This document shows positions 39,831-53,211 of a stretch of DNA of 64,000 bases, in pieces (position 1 is the stretch's first letter; every line of letters starts with the position of its first letter). The position numbers were made by a program, and so were the translations under genes. The notes under the pieces were generated by a model. That model saw nothing but the letters and a program-made list of their open reading frames with translations. It was not told the origin of the DNA and searched no databases. The stretch is taken from contig NC_068982.1 of the NCBI RefSeq assembly GCF_001194135.2, positions 65,278,520 through 65,342,519 on the forward strand, read 5' to 3'. Source of the DNA: Octopus bimaculoides. Taxonomy: Eukaryota.

Positions 39831-40738
39831 CAGTTTGTTAACCTTTACTTGCATCTATTCATCTATCTAACTACCTTCCTCCCTCTGTACATACATATAT
39901 ACATACATACACCTTAATATTCCTGCAAAGATCTTTCATTTCCCTCTCCTTCTTTACTTCTCTATAAATACCTCCCCCATTCTCCTTACTCCCCCTTATA
40001 ACCTCCCCCAATTACCCTAACAGTCCTTTAATTCTGCTCTCTTTGTATCTTTTCTGTTCTTCATTCTCTACTTTGCATCTTCGCATGTCACATTGGTTTT
40101 CATTAATATCATTGTTGTTGTTGTCATTCTCTTCACCATTGTTCTTCTCTCCCTTCTCCCGCTTTTCCTTCTCTACCACCACCACCACCACCTTTTCCTT
40201 CACCTCCACAACCTTTCATACTGTTTTTGTTTTTTGTTTTTCTTGTTTTCCATTTCCTTTTCCTTTGCTATCCTCCCTATTCTTCCCCCATAGCAGAAGA
40301 CATACTGCAAGAGTATATCCAGTGTGAGGAGGGGTGCTAGTGTCAAACAAACTGCTTAAATACATGCAGATTTTCAACCACAAAAAAAATTAATGGAATG
40401 GTAAATTGGTTGTCATAACTGGTCTAACAATAGGTCAAAAATATCTTATCCCTAAAAGAACTGGCAGAATTGGTGAACACCATTAATTCTTTCAAATCTA
40501 GCATGACAAGGTCACAATAACCCCTTGTTCTAGCTAGTTTCTTGTCTTGGTACCACTTGGTTATAATATTTTATTGTAGTTGTTTAGTCCCCGACCCTGG
40601 CCTAATTAGACAAACCTTTGATTAAATGTGTTCCAGTAATGATTGTTCTGTCTTTTTTCTAGGCTAATCTATCTATCTATCTATCTATCTATCTATTTAC
40701 CTATCTGCCTACATATCTATTTGTCTGTCTATCAATCA

Positions 40739-40803
<65 letters not shown>

Positions 40804-40979
40804 CCTATCTGTCTATCAAGGGAGCCTCTACACAGTCACATTATTAACCTTCATTTTTTTAAAGGTACTAGATTGTGATGGAAGAGATTAGCAGCTATTT
40901 CTTGCAGGCCAAGCAATTACATAGAAACTCTTTCATTCACTTGATCCTGTTGTACTTTTGTTCTTGCTGGTACTTTGTC

Positions 40980-41420
40980 CTGGTATCTGACTGTTGTATC
41001 TGTCAGGGTACCACTGAACTGTTGTACTTTATCATGGTACCACCCAGCTGTTGTACCTTATCATGGTACCACCTGACTCTGGTACCTTATCATGGTACCA
41101 CCCGACTATTGTACCTTGTCATTGTACCACCTGATTATTGTACCATATGATGGTACCACCCAACTGTTGTACCTTGTCATGGTACCACCTGATTGTTGTA
41201 CTTTATGATGGTACCACCTGATTGTTGTACTTTATGATGGTACCACCTGACTGTTGTACCTTATGATGATACCACCTGACTGTTGTACCTTATAAGGATA
41301 CCACCTAACTGTTGTACTTTATCATGGTACCACCCAACTGTTGTACCTTATCATGGGACCATCTAACTGTTGTACTATTGTAGCTTGTACCTGATTATGG
41401 TACTTTGTCATGATACCATT
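40980..41420. repeat. 29-bp minisatellite, ~14-15 copies (TGGTACCACCTGACTGTTGTACCTTATCA)
   Basis: Directly visible head-to-tail units without spacers. Confidence 0.92.
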
Positions 41421-42042
41421 AGGCATTTTTTTCTAGAAATAACTTATAGAAGTGAAGTTTCAATACTTAAGAAATCTATTTATTTCCAGTAATGTCTCCA
41501 AAATGGTATTTTGGAATTTGTCCAAAATATATGCATATTCAGCCAAGATTGTATAGTGCATATATGTTTTATTTTAACCCAAATACTTGCAACTGGGTAT
41601 AGTCCACTAATGACAGCCCTTGAGTCAAGTGGTAGTGTTTAACTAGGTAATGGATTGACTTTGCTACCTAGAGCAGGAGCATTTTTTCCAACAAGTTAGA
41701 CCTCTGCACAGTTTCCAGTGACTGGATTTTGCTCACAATGCTTCGATTGACCTGAGGCTATAGTAGATATTTTCCCAAGGTTACCACATGCAAGAATCGA
41801 AACCAACTAGATGCAGGGCAAACGTTTTGACCACACAGCTAATATCACTGCCCATGTGAACAAGGATGGCTTGCAAGAGATTTTTTGTGAGCAGTGTAGA
41901 GCTGAAATGTGTTCCCACTGAGCTAGGCTCCAGTTCCAATCATGTTCACTTGAGATATGCCATTAATGTCCTTCTAAAAGACATAAACATGACAAGCTTA
42001 TTATTGTTCCTTATAAATATTCGAGCCTCTCATCACCAAAAT

Positions 42043-42043
42043 G

Positions 42044-42106
<63 letters not shown>
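42043..42106. repeat. (ATT)n microsatellite
   Basis: Directly visible. Confidence 0.95.
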
Positions 42107-43939
42107 TGCAGCAGCAGCAGCACCCTTCATCCTTATTGTAGTTTCTGCTATTATTTACTTTGGTTTCCTTCAACATTTAATGAAGAAATGAGTTTGGTTA
42201 ACAACATCAGAAACCTAATATTGATGCTGCCATTATTGTATTCCTTAACAGAAAATTCCTTACACATTATACCAGAGAGTGCAGGGAGAGAGAGAGAGAG
42301 AGAGAAAGAACATACCTGTAAATATATAAAATATCATTTCAGCTGTAATTCCAAAAGTGCTCATCACATTTTTCTGTAGCAATAAGATGAGGCTTCATGG
42401 TGGAATCAAAACTTCTAAAGCATCACTATTGATGATTGTTAATCAGATCAGCTTTACATCCTCCTCCTTGTCCCCTTTCTTCAATATTAACATGCCCCTC
42501 CTCCTATCCTTAACCAACCTAACCTGTTTCATTCTTTCAGTTTGTGAACAAGCAAACTGCAAATGGCATCCATTGTCTGGCTTGACCTCAACTTATCACC
42601 TTTAAGTCTTCATAATGAACAAAAACTGCTGAAATCAGAGTTTTATTGTAATCCTCTCAAGACTTGCCTTTTCTTTCAGCACATTTGTTGTTGCTGTGTA
42701 TGTTCTACAACACTTTTTGTATAGCTTTCTTTTTTTTCCGTTTTATTTTTTATTAATTTGATATTTTCCTCTCTCTAGTGTACATACGTGATACTGGTGG
42801 TGGTGTGTGATATTTCATTCATTTATGGTTTAGTTGGTTCTGTATGCATGTAATTTCATGGTTCACTTATGTTGCTCTTGTAACAAGCGTGTCGTTAATT
42901 CAATTCCTGGCTTCTGGTTAAACAAGCTTCCTTGTCTAAGCACCAATGTCATTTTGTCAGATATTGTAGTTTAGAATATTCCAGATAATCTTATTATGAA
43001 ATAAAACCCCTTTCATTCATGTTTTGTTTGCATCAGATCTATTGCCAGTCTACAATTACTTCTCACTTTATACTGGTAGATTTTATGAAATTATAATTGA
43101 ATTCCTACTAATTTTCTGAAAGAGGAAAATAATTTTTAAAAAAACTATATAAAATCTGAACTATTTGAATAAATTTCTGTGTGTATGTGTGTGTGTGGTT
43201 TTCATAGTAGTATAAAGAAATCAGCAAATTGCTTTTGTTTCCATTGAACAGTGTAAACTAGTCAAATCAAGTGTGATAGTAGAATGGTAATTTGGTAATT
43301 ACCAATGAGTGCTAGTGCCATACTGAAGAAAATGGTTGAATTGATTCAAAATAGATAACATAGATATAAAGTAACTGGAAGCTACATCTTTATTTCTGTG
43401 AGTGGTACTAAAAGTCACAACCAATGCTAACACCATCAATCTCTCAAACTGGCCTCTATACCAGCCAACAAGGAAGCCTCTACACAGTCACTCAACCTGC
43501 TAGAAATAATAATTAAATTCCCTTCAAATCATATCTTATTGTCTTAAAAAGGGAAGAAAACATTGAAAAAATGTAGCTTGGTTCCATAATCTGAAAACAA
43601 GATGGAGTAGTTATAGTTGGAATATTTTGATCATAGGTTTGTTTGATCAGAGATGATCAGGAGCTCAGCAACAACAACTGATTGGCCTCTATCAAGCTTT
43701 TTCCTATTTAAACTTAAACCATCACTTAGTTTTTGAACTGGGTTTCTAAATTTTCTTAAATTTCTTGCTGGTTGCATGAAAAAAAGAAAGCACCCAGTAC
43801 ATGCTGTAAAGTGGTTGGTGTTAGGAATTGTAACCAGCAGTAGAAACCATGCCAAAGCAGATATTGGAGTACAATATAGTCCTTGGACCCATCAAATGCT
43901 GTCAAACCATCCAACCCATGACAGCAGGAAGCATGGACA

Positions 43940-44215
43940 TTAACCCTTTAGTGTTCATATTACTCTGTCAAATATAATGCTTATTTATTTACATTGTTTT
44001 GATTTAATCATGCATTATCTTGTAGCTTAGAGATTCCAGTGATGTGATTGCTTAATTTTACAGTAGCATTGTTAGGTAGGTGTGCTCAACCAACTATGAA
44101 TAGTGGCTAAATTTGACTCAAATCACTCTATTTTTTTTTTTATAAAAAAAAAGAAAAGAGCAACACACAGGACAATGTCTGAAAATATGATAATCATAAA
44201 TGGAATACTTTGATA
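43940..44215 (+). mobile_element. piggyBac-like non-autonomous element, left end
   Basis: TTAA|CCCTTTAG start; right end not found. Confidence 0.4.
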
Positions 44216-46958
44216 GGTATGTGTATATATGTCTATACATGTATGTATACATGAGTACATATGTAGATATATGTTGATCATCATCACCACCACCATTATT
44301 ATCATCATTGTTTTAATGTCCACTTTTCCATGCTTGCATGGGTCAGATGGGATTTGTTGAGACAGATTCTCTATGACTGGATGCCATTCCTATGACCAAC
44401 CTTCTCCTGCTTCCAAGCAAGATATTCTATTCTCTTGACTGAAAATGTTTCCATGGAAGATTGAAAATGAATAGCACCAGTTGTCTAATGAAGACATGCA
44501 TTTTCAACCAACATGCAGTGTCATAAGATATCAAAGAGAGACATACACACACATATGTATGTGTGTGTGTGTGATCCTCTTTCAGCTTCCATCCACCAGC
44601 TTCATTCATAAACTTTTGGTTGACTCAGTAAGTGTCCAATATGAATTAAAGACCCTCTTATTTTCCAATCTTTTTCTGTCCCAACAACTATATCCTATTT
44701 GATGCCCTAATCTCAGTTTTCCTTCAATTAGTAACCTATAACATTTTATACTGATCATGAATCACACTCCTTTGTGTAACTAGGAAGGCACACAAAAGTA
44801 CTTTAGACATTACCCAGACCAACTCTGCCCCCAACCACACATGCACACACACACACATACACACACACACACGCACACACAAATAAATAGAATAAAACTG
44901 ATTCTTGAATGTATTTACTAATCTAAAACCAAAACTAATAAAATGTTACACTTCCATGTTTATGTATTTATCTGTCCATCCATCCATCTATCAATCCAGA
45001 GAGAAATCTGTAATAGAAATATGAAATATAAAAAAAACAAAAACAACCCGTTTTATACTGTTTTGATAACCATCTTTTATCAGACCATGGTATAGAAATG
45101 GAATATTTGGTAAAAATGTTTACATAAAAATTTTTTATTATTATTGATTTTTTTTTTAAATCTCCACCCTCATGGAAATCAATGTTAACTGTTCTTTGTA
45201 CTTTTAAAAAAGAAATTATTAATTAAAAAAAAATATTTTTGAAGTTTTGATTTATGACATCACCCTAATGCTCATTATGGTCTAAATATTTCCACCCAGA
45301 ATCCTAAATGTCTCTATTTTATGTAAATGAACCTTAATTTTTTATGTAATTAAACCTCCATTTACAACTCATGGATTCTGCTAAACATGTAAAAGTTAGA
45401 CTAGTTTGTCATTTGTTGAAAAGAGATTTATTTGTCTAATTTTACATTTTCCCTGTGTGTACATTCAAACTTTAATCAGATTTTGAGTGTCCAGTATTTC
45501 AGTAATATTTTATGATGACCATTTCTTAAAAAGATGTTTAATTTAATGACAATGGAAAACATATTGTAGGGTAAACCCAGTCTTTCTGTGAACAAAATGT
45601 TATGATGTGGGTATACATATCTGGTGTAAAATGAAATTACACAAATAAATAGTTGGTTGTGGTTATCTAAAAATAACCTATTGCAGAAATTAATATTTAA
45701 CACAGAATGCACTCCATACTACTCAAACATAAGTATGATACTCAGTATTCACTGTTCAACTACCGACTGTTAAACCAACACAGTAAACCAATATGGTCGT
45801 ACTAACACTGTCATCTACCCCTGACAGTTCACTCAGTTCTTATTTATTGTGGCTGAAATTTATAGAAAAACGAAAGACAAAGACAGGTGTATGAACAACA
45901 AGCAAGTGTATTAGTTTGAAGCTCAGGAAAAAGGAAAAAGTCTTTTGTTTTGAGTCTCCACTCTTCCACAGAGAGGATTTATTATAATCGGTTGGTGAGT
46001 TCACCTTCAGTCACATGGGGATGTTCAGGATTCTCCCATAACACAAAGCATTGTGCAGGTACACTCATATGGTTAAGAAGTTTGCTCCCCTGGTTGCATG
46101 TTTGATCCCTCCATACAGCACTTTGGGCAAGTGTTATCTTCTGTAGCCTCAGGTTAACAACTGCTTCATCATCATCATTTTCAATCTGCTTTCCATGCTG
46201 GCATGGGTTGGATGATTTTGTAGAATGCAATAAATCAGGAGGATCTCTTGTTCCGGTATCTTGGTTTTGGTATGGTTTCTACAGCTGGATACCCTTCTTA
46301 TTAGTAACCACTTTATAGAGTTTATTGGGTACATTTTTTCATGACACAATTTTTCATGACTGCTCAGCAGTCTGTTGTTTCTGCTTGATTCGCCAACTAC
46401 TTTACCTTTTTGCAGCACTAGCACAGGTGAAGTTGCCTTGTAACTTGCCAGGCCTAAGAACTCTCATGAATGATAGAGAGAATGGCAGAGTGGGGAGAGA
46501 GAGAGAGAGCATGAGCAATGACTATTTGATATTTGACATAAACCTTGCTCTGTGAGACACTCCTGTCATCATCTGTTTTGTTGAAACCACAAGGATTTCA
46601 GCATCTTCCAACAGTCTTTCTTCCTTTGGTGGGTCTAAGCAGCATTGATGCTACATGGAAATATCTGGGTCATACTATAAATATGGCCTATACTGTAACA
46701 TGCTTTTCCATATTCATGTGGCCATCACACCCAACTGTGTGTAGTTATAACCACTTTAACTATGCAGCAACTAGTTTGTTTTAATACTCACTGAAGATTT
46801 GCCTTTTTTTTTTCTTTCAGATTTGATCTTTCTCTCACATTTTTTTTTTTTTTTGATAAAGAATGGACAGACTAAAAGTTCTATATATGAATGTACATTT
46901 AATCTTACTATAAAAGCCTTGAAAATCACATTATTTTAGTACCTCTCTCTCTTTCTCT

Positions 46959-46999
<41 letters not shown>

Positions 47000-48085
47000 T
47001 TATTCATTATATACCCTAGGGTGCAATATGTAATTTGGGTAACAGTTTTACGCAATAAAATATGTGTCAAATGGTCTGATGTGTGCTGCAGGGAAAATTG
47101 TAGTGCACTAGCTAAAAATGGTAATGACTAGAAGCAGTTAAAGAAATACTGAGAGTCAGAGAGATTAAACTTTTTGAAAATTAGATGTCAAAAACAAAAA
47201 CGAACAAAGAATTTAATCTGAAGAAGAGAAAACATTTTATTCTATTCTTTAAAATAGATATTAAGCTGGATGAGTGACATGTAGTGGAGAGCAGTTGTTG
47301 GGGTAGTAGAGGTTTTATTTCATATAAATCAAATTAAGGACGTTTTACTCTTTTTTAAAGGTTTGCTTATGTTGCTTTGCTTTGCATTTTTGTGAGTATT
47401 TCTAATCACAGCAGACCAATCTAGATGTAAGGTAAATTAACAAATTGTCTTGTCATCATCTTCACTACTATCATCATCAACAACTTGACCCTCACAGTGC
47501 TAATTAAATTTTTGCATACTAACGTGCAGATATTATTAATTTGTTAAAATTAGCTGAAATTGACTTTCCACGTTGTGAAATTTAGAGAATTCCAGAAAAT
47601 GCTTCAACATTCAAAAATGTGTTAACTCATGTTTTGTGTCTCAAGTGAATATACTTGGCAGTAAAGATTAATGAAACAATTTCTAGATAAGCACGTAACT
47701 AAAATTTGTTAAATAAGGAATTTTCTTTCAGTCTCAAATCTTAAAATTGAATGCCCAAGTTCAACAAGATAGCAACATAATCAGAGTTAGAAACACTGGT
47801 GGAATCTTCAGTTTACTAACTCTGTGACACTAGTTTTATACAAGCAGACCTAACAGTTGTTCAACAACAGCAGCAACAATAGCAACTACAAAAGTATAAT
47901 CATTTATCATAGTAGCAACACCACCTATGACAAAAAAAAAACAACTTTTGCTACTACCACTACCACCACTATTACTACTACCAGCATCATTTTTACCATT
48001 TACAGCATCAGTAGTCTCTCTTTTCTGTTATAACAACACATCAGATCAGTTTGTTCTTTTATGTGTAAGGCTTATGTTTGTTGCT

Positions 48086-48165
48086 ATGTGTGTAACATCT
48101 GTGTGATGTGTGTAACGTCTCTGAGATGTGCGTAATGTCTCAGCGATGTGTGTAATGTCTATATA
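48086..48165. repeat. 20-bp tandem repeat, 4 copies
   Basis: ATGTGYGTAAYRTCT core followed by 5 variable nt. Confidence 0.8.
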
Positions 48166-49092
48166 ATGCTGGTGCACTCGTATCTCCATTCCATTTCCCC
48201 TGCAGCAGTTCTGCTGTCAATTAACAGAAATTACATTTATGCATCTGCAATTAGATCTTTGGAAATACTCTATTGCAATACCTGCTTCACATGTGCAAAT
48301 GAAAGGAATAAATGTGAAGGGGAAGACAGAGGTATTAGAATAAGAGAGAAGAAAGAAAAAAAAACTTTGAAAGAGGAATGATAGTTACCCCACACCCCAT
48401 CCATCCCACAGCCTACACACCAACATCTTTTGCAATAGAGTGGTGGGTGGCAGGTTGGTGGTGGTGAGGACAGAAAAGTTTTTTTTTCCACCAACTGAAG
48501 CATTTCTTGCCTTCTATCCATCAATACATATACCTATCGATCTATCTAGCTCTCCCCCTTCTCTCTCTCTCTCCTTCTCTTTCTCTCTATGTATCATGCA
48601 TAAATATATATTATTAGCACTGTTGCATTGCTAAATACTGGGTCTTTGGATCCTATTGTTTCTCAGTTCTGACAATAACACCTGTTAGTTGCTTCTTCAG
48701 TCACAACTTTAAGTTCGGTTCACACTTGAAACCAGCAATGTCTTTTATGTATTATGGCTTTAAAATAATTTTTTTTTTTTTTGTTTTTAAGCCATTGTTA
48801 GTAAGGGGTGAAAATTGTTTCAACTGACCAGTCATATTCATCATCATCCTTTTCCTCCTCCTTCTCATCATCATCATCATCTGCTTTTTATGCTGACTTG
48901 GGTTGGATGGGTTAACCCAGTTGGAATCATCACATACTTGGAGTTTTGAAGTTACTGCTCACTTAGGTGGGCCAGAGGGCCACATCTCACTTGTATATTT
49001 CATTTTTTTTTTTGACTTAATGTCTATGACCAATCTTCATCAGCAGTGGTCAATCTTGGCAAAAAAAAAAATTAATAAATAAAATAAGACCA

Positions 49093-49250
49093 GCGCAGGA
49101 GTGGCTGTGTGGTAAGTAGCTTGCTTACCAACCACATGGTTCTGGGTAAGTGTCTTCTACTATAACCTCAGGCCAACCAAAGCCTTGTGAGTGGATTTGG
49201 TAGACAGAAACTGAAAGAAGCCTGTCGTATATATGTATATATATATATGT

Positions 49251-49289
<39 letters not shown>

Positions 49290-49505
49290 TGTCTGTGTTT
49301 GTCCCCCCAACATCGCTTGTCAACCGATGGTGGTATGTTTACGTACCCGTAATTTAGCTGTTCGGCAAAAGAGATCGATAGAATAAATACTAGGCTTACA
49401 AAGAATAAGTCCTGGGGTAGATTTGCTCGACTAAAGGCGGTGCTCCAGCATGGCCACAGTCAAATGACTGAAACAAGTAAAAGAGTAAAAGAGAAAGAGT
49501 AAAGA
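49093..49505 (+). mobile_element. CORE-type SINE family B (internal deletion in head)
   Basis: Same layout as 35715; lacks the segment TTCAGTCCCACTGCGTGGCACCTTGGG. Confidence 0.9.
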
Positions 49506-50254
49506 GTTCATAAAATTTGTAAAATAAGATAAGTTTGTGTGCCAGGAAGAAGAGAACCAAAATTCTTGTATTTTGATTGGGCTCTGATATTTCCCATGAG
49601 ACATTAAGCCAAAATGTCCTGATAGACTTCTTACATTTCACAAACTGAGCTTCATTTCTAAATTAAAATAATCTTGCCAATGATACATAAAAGGCACCCA
49701 GTACACTCTATGGATTGGTTGTTATTAGGAACTGCATCTGGCCTTAGAAACCAAGCCAAAACAAACTGGAGCCTGGTCCAGCTCTCCAGCTTACCACTTC
49801 CATCCAAACTGTCTTACCCATGCCATCATGGGAAAATGGATGATAGATGATGATGATGGCTGTGTGATTAAAAAGCTTGCTTAACAACTTTGTGGTTCAG
49901 GTTCAGTCTCACTGCTTGGCACATTGGTCAAGTGACTTCTACTATAACTCTGGGACCAACCAATGCCCTGTGAGTGAATTAATTCAGTAAATGGAAACAG
50001 CATGAAAACCTTTTGTATATATGTGTGCATATTTGTCTTCACCACTGTTTGGCAGCTGGTGTTGGTTTGTTTATGTTGTTGTAACTTAGCAGTTTGACAA
50101 AAGAGAATAATAGAATAAGTACCAGACTTTAAAACAAAATCAAGTACTGGAGTCAATCTGTTTGACTGAAACCCTTCAAAGCAGCGCACCAGCATGGCCA
50201 TAGTTCAATGAGGGATCCATTCTTCATCTTTATCCATTGACTTGCCTCTCTGTT

Positions 50255-50311
<57 letters not shown>

Positions 50312-50356
50312 TGAGCATGATACATAGCTCTACCAGTATCAATATATTGTCTTAAC

Positions 50357-50880
50357 TAGAACTGGATTTATAGGGGGTGGAGGAGGCAACCCCCTCCTCC
50401 CTGGGGCATCTAGATATTGGGAGGCCTCTGCCACAATGGTTATGTAANNNNNNNNNNNNNNNNNNNNNNNNNNNNNNNNNNNNNNNNNNNNNNNNNNNNN
50501 NNNNNNNNNNNNNNNAGGCATAAGGAGGCTCTCTTTCAATATACAAAGGTATCTTGACTGCTTAAAAAATGTAATGGATTCCCTTTTATGACAAATAACC
50601 ATAGATTTTGCTACTTTAGAGACACCAAATAGTTCAATTAAAAAACACCTATTCCCCAAGCACTTTTGTAGCTGCTTTTGGGACAACAGAGAAAAGGGAA
50701 ACAACAGAATACTTCTGAAAATGTATGTATGTATGAGTCTAAGTGTTTGTGTAAGTATGAATGTATATATAAAGATAAAGAGATTGATAGAAAAGTGTTA
50801 TTTGTCTCTAGGCCAAATCCTTTCTTTCAACACCTGACTGAGCTTCACTTTGGATTGACCAATAGTGGTTAAAGGTGCAT

Positions 50881-50932
<52 letters not shown>

Positions 50933-52535
50933 ACATATATCTACTTCTAAACTTATTTTAGTGATGCATTGAAAGAAAACTGGTCTTATTTATTTTATGA
51001 AGTAAGTAAAGAAAACTTTTGAATTTAGTTTTAATTATAAAATTACATCTCTCAACAGCTAAAAGCATTCTTTTTTGGCTTTAGAATTATTGCATATATA
51101 TATACAATTGTTTTATTAAATCAAACCCTTTTTCTTTCTTGTTTTTTCATATATTTTTCGTCATTCTGTCAATCACTTGGAATTACTACATGGAAGTGGG
51201 GCAAAATTGGTAACTTGGTCAAAATGAATAAGTTCTGATTTTTTTGTTATTTTCTCTCATTTTGTACCATTGCATCATCTTTGGAAGTAAAATTTGATCA
51301 GTATAGGGTTCGTAGTTGGGAGTAAAAATTGGTCAGTATAGTTGCTGTTGAAGTTGAGAGTTTGAAACATAGGTGACAGGTACTGTTTCCAAGAAATTTT
51401 TCCTCAAATTTGACCCAAATATAACTAAGGTAGCTAATAAAATATCTGTATAATTTTTGGAGAAGAAACTATAAAGAATATTTTATGTTGAGTCTTTAGA
51501 TTTAGTTGAGTTTCATTAATTTCATATTATGTGCTATTTTTCCATAATCCTCTTTCATTTGACCAAGATATTTAAAATTTTGTTGCATTTCTGATCTTTC
51601 TGATGTCTAAGGATGGATGTTTATGTATAACACTCTTTTTTTTCAAATTTAATTCTGGAGAACTGGAAAGGCATATTTACTTTGTCTTGTCTTACCCATT
51701 TTGCCCCGCCTAAATTTGTCTTTTATATGCTCAAAAAGAACAGTGATAATTTTCTGAAATAGTGTTCTGAATATGTTATAGGTTTTACTGAATTTAGAGG
51801 AGGTCTTTACTTCACCGATATAGTTTTGGCAAGGTAGTGAACATCGAGGCGCAATGGCCCAGTGGTTAGGGCAGCGGACTCACGGTCATAGGATCGCGGT
51901 TTCAATTCCCAGACCGGGCATTGTGAGTGTTTATTGAGCGAAAACACCTAAAGCTCCACGAGGCTCCGGCAGGGGATGGTGGCGAACCCTGTTGTACTCT
52001 TCCACCACAACTTTCTCCCACTCTTACTTCCTGTTTCTGTTGTGCTTGTAATTCAAAGGGTCAGCCTTGTCACACTGTGTCATGCTGAATATCCCCGAGA
52101 ACTACGTTAAGGGTACATGTGTCTGTGGAGTGCTCAGCCACTTGCACGTTAATTTCACGAGCAGGCTGTTCCGTTGATCGGATCAACTGGAACCCTCAAC
52201 GTCGTAAGCGACGGAGTGCCAACAACAAGTGAACATTTGTAAAAAATATATTTTCTTTAAAGTCAAAAATGCAGTAAATATTACTCGTTGTGTCCCACCT
52301 ACTCTTACTAGAAAGTGGAAAAGCAGACTTTCAGAAGCAGCTGTTTGAATTTCCCCGTCTTTGTTAAGGTTTCCCTTGTTTTTTTTTTTTTTCATGTATT
52401 GCAAAACGATGAAGGGAAGCTGTTTTAAAAGAAGAATTTTTAAAATCTATGTCTTTTAAATGTTGGTATCTCTACCCTCCTGGGGCCCACCGAACTTGAA
52501 GTGCCCCGGGCCCCTATGGTTTAAATTTGGTCCTG
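50357..52535. mobile_element. ~2.2-kb non-autonomous hAT-type DNA transposon
   Basis: Perfect 8-bp TSD GTCTTAAC (50349-50356 / 52536-52543). TIRs TAGAACTGGATTTA vs CAGGACCAAATTTA differ only by transitions. GGGGCCC-rich subterminal sequence at the right end. Confidence 0.7.
51845..52227 (+). mobile_element. Young SINE family A nested in the hAT element
   Basis: 9-bp TSD AGTGAACAT (51836-51844 / 52228-52236). Confidence 0.95.
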
Positions 52536-53162
52536 GTCTTAACTTCACAGTCCATGGCTCATGAAAGAAACTGGTATCCAGCTGCAAAACAATTGTTCCA
52601 GCAATATTGGAAATGTTTTAATCTGTAACCCAATCTTTCAATAAAACAAAAAAACCAAACACTCCTCAAAGCTGAGTGTCCCATTGCCCTTAATCTAGGT
52701 GAATGGGTAAAGGGATTTAAAAGCGTGGGCCACCTCCTCAGGAAAAATTCACATTTTTCTATGCTCTGTTGTTTTATTTCCATCAATAGCATTACTCCTG
52801 TTCTTCAACACATATACATATGCATGCATGCACACACACAATCACATATTCTTCCGTGCAGCACACATAATATATACGCTCATATCTACACATTTACCCA
52901 TACACACACAAACATCACATATTTTTTCATAGTTTCTTAACCACACACACACATGCACCACCACATATACTTACAGGCACCACATATTACATATAAATTT
53001 ACCTACCTACGCATTTACTCTATATATATATGTATCTTTTGTGTGTGCATGTGTACATGCATCCATGTGTGTGTATATATATATGTGTGTATGTATATTT
53101 ATATATACATATGTATGTGTGCATGTATATGTATATATATGTGTGTTGTGCGTATATATATG

Positions 53163-53211
<49 letters not shown>

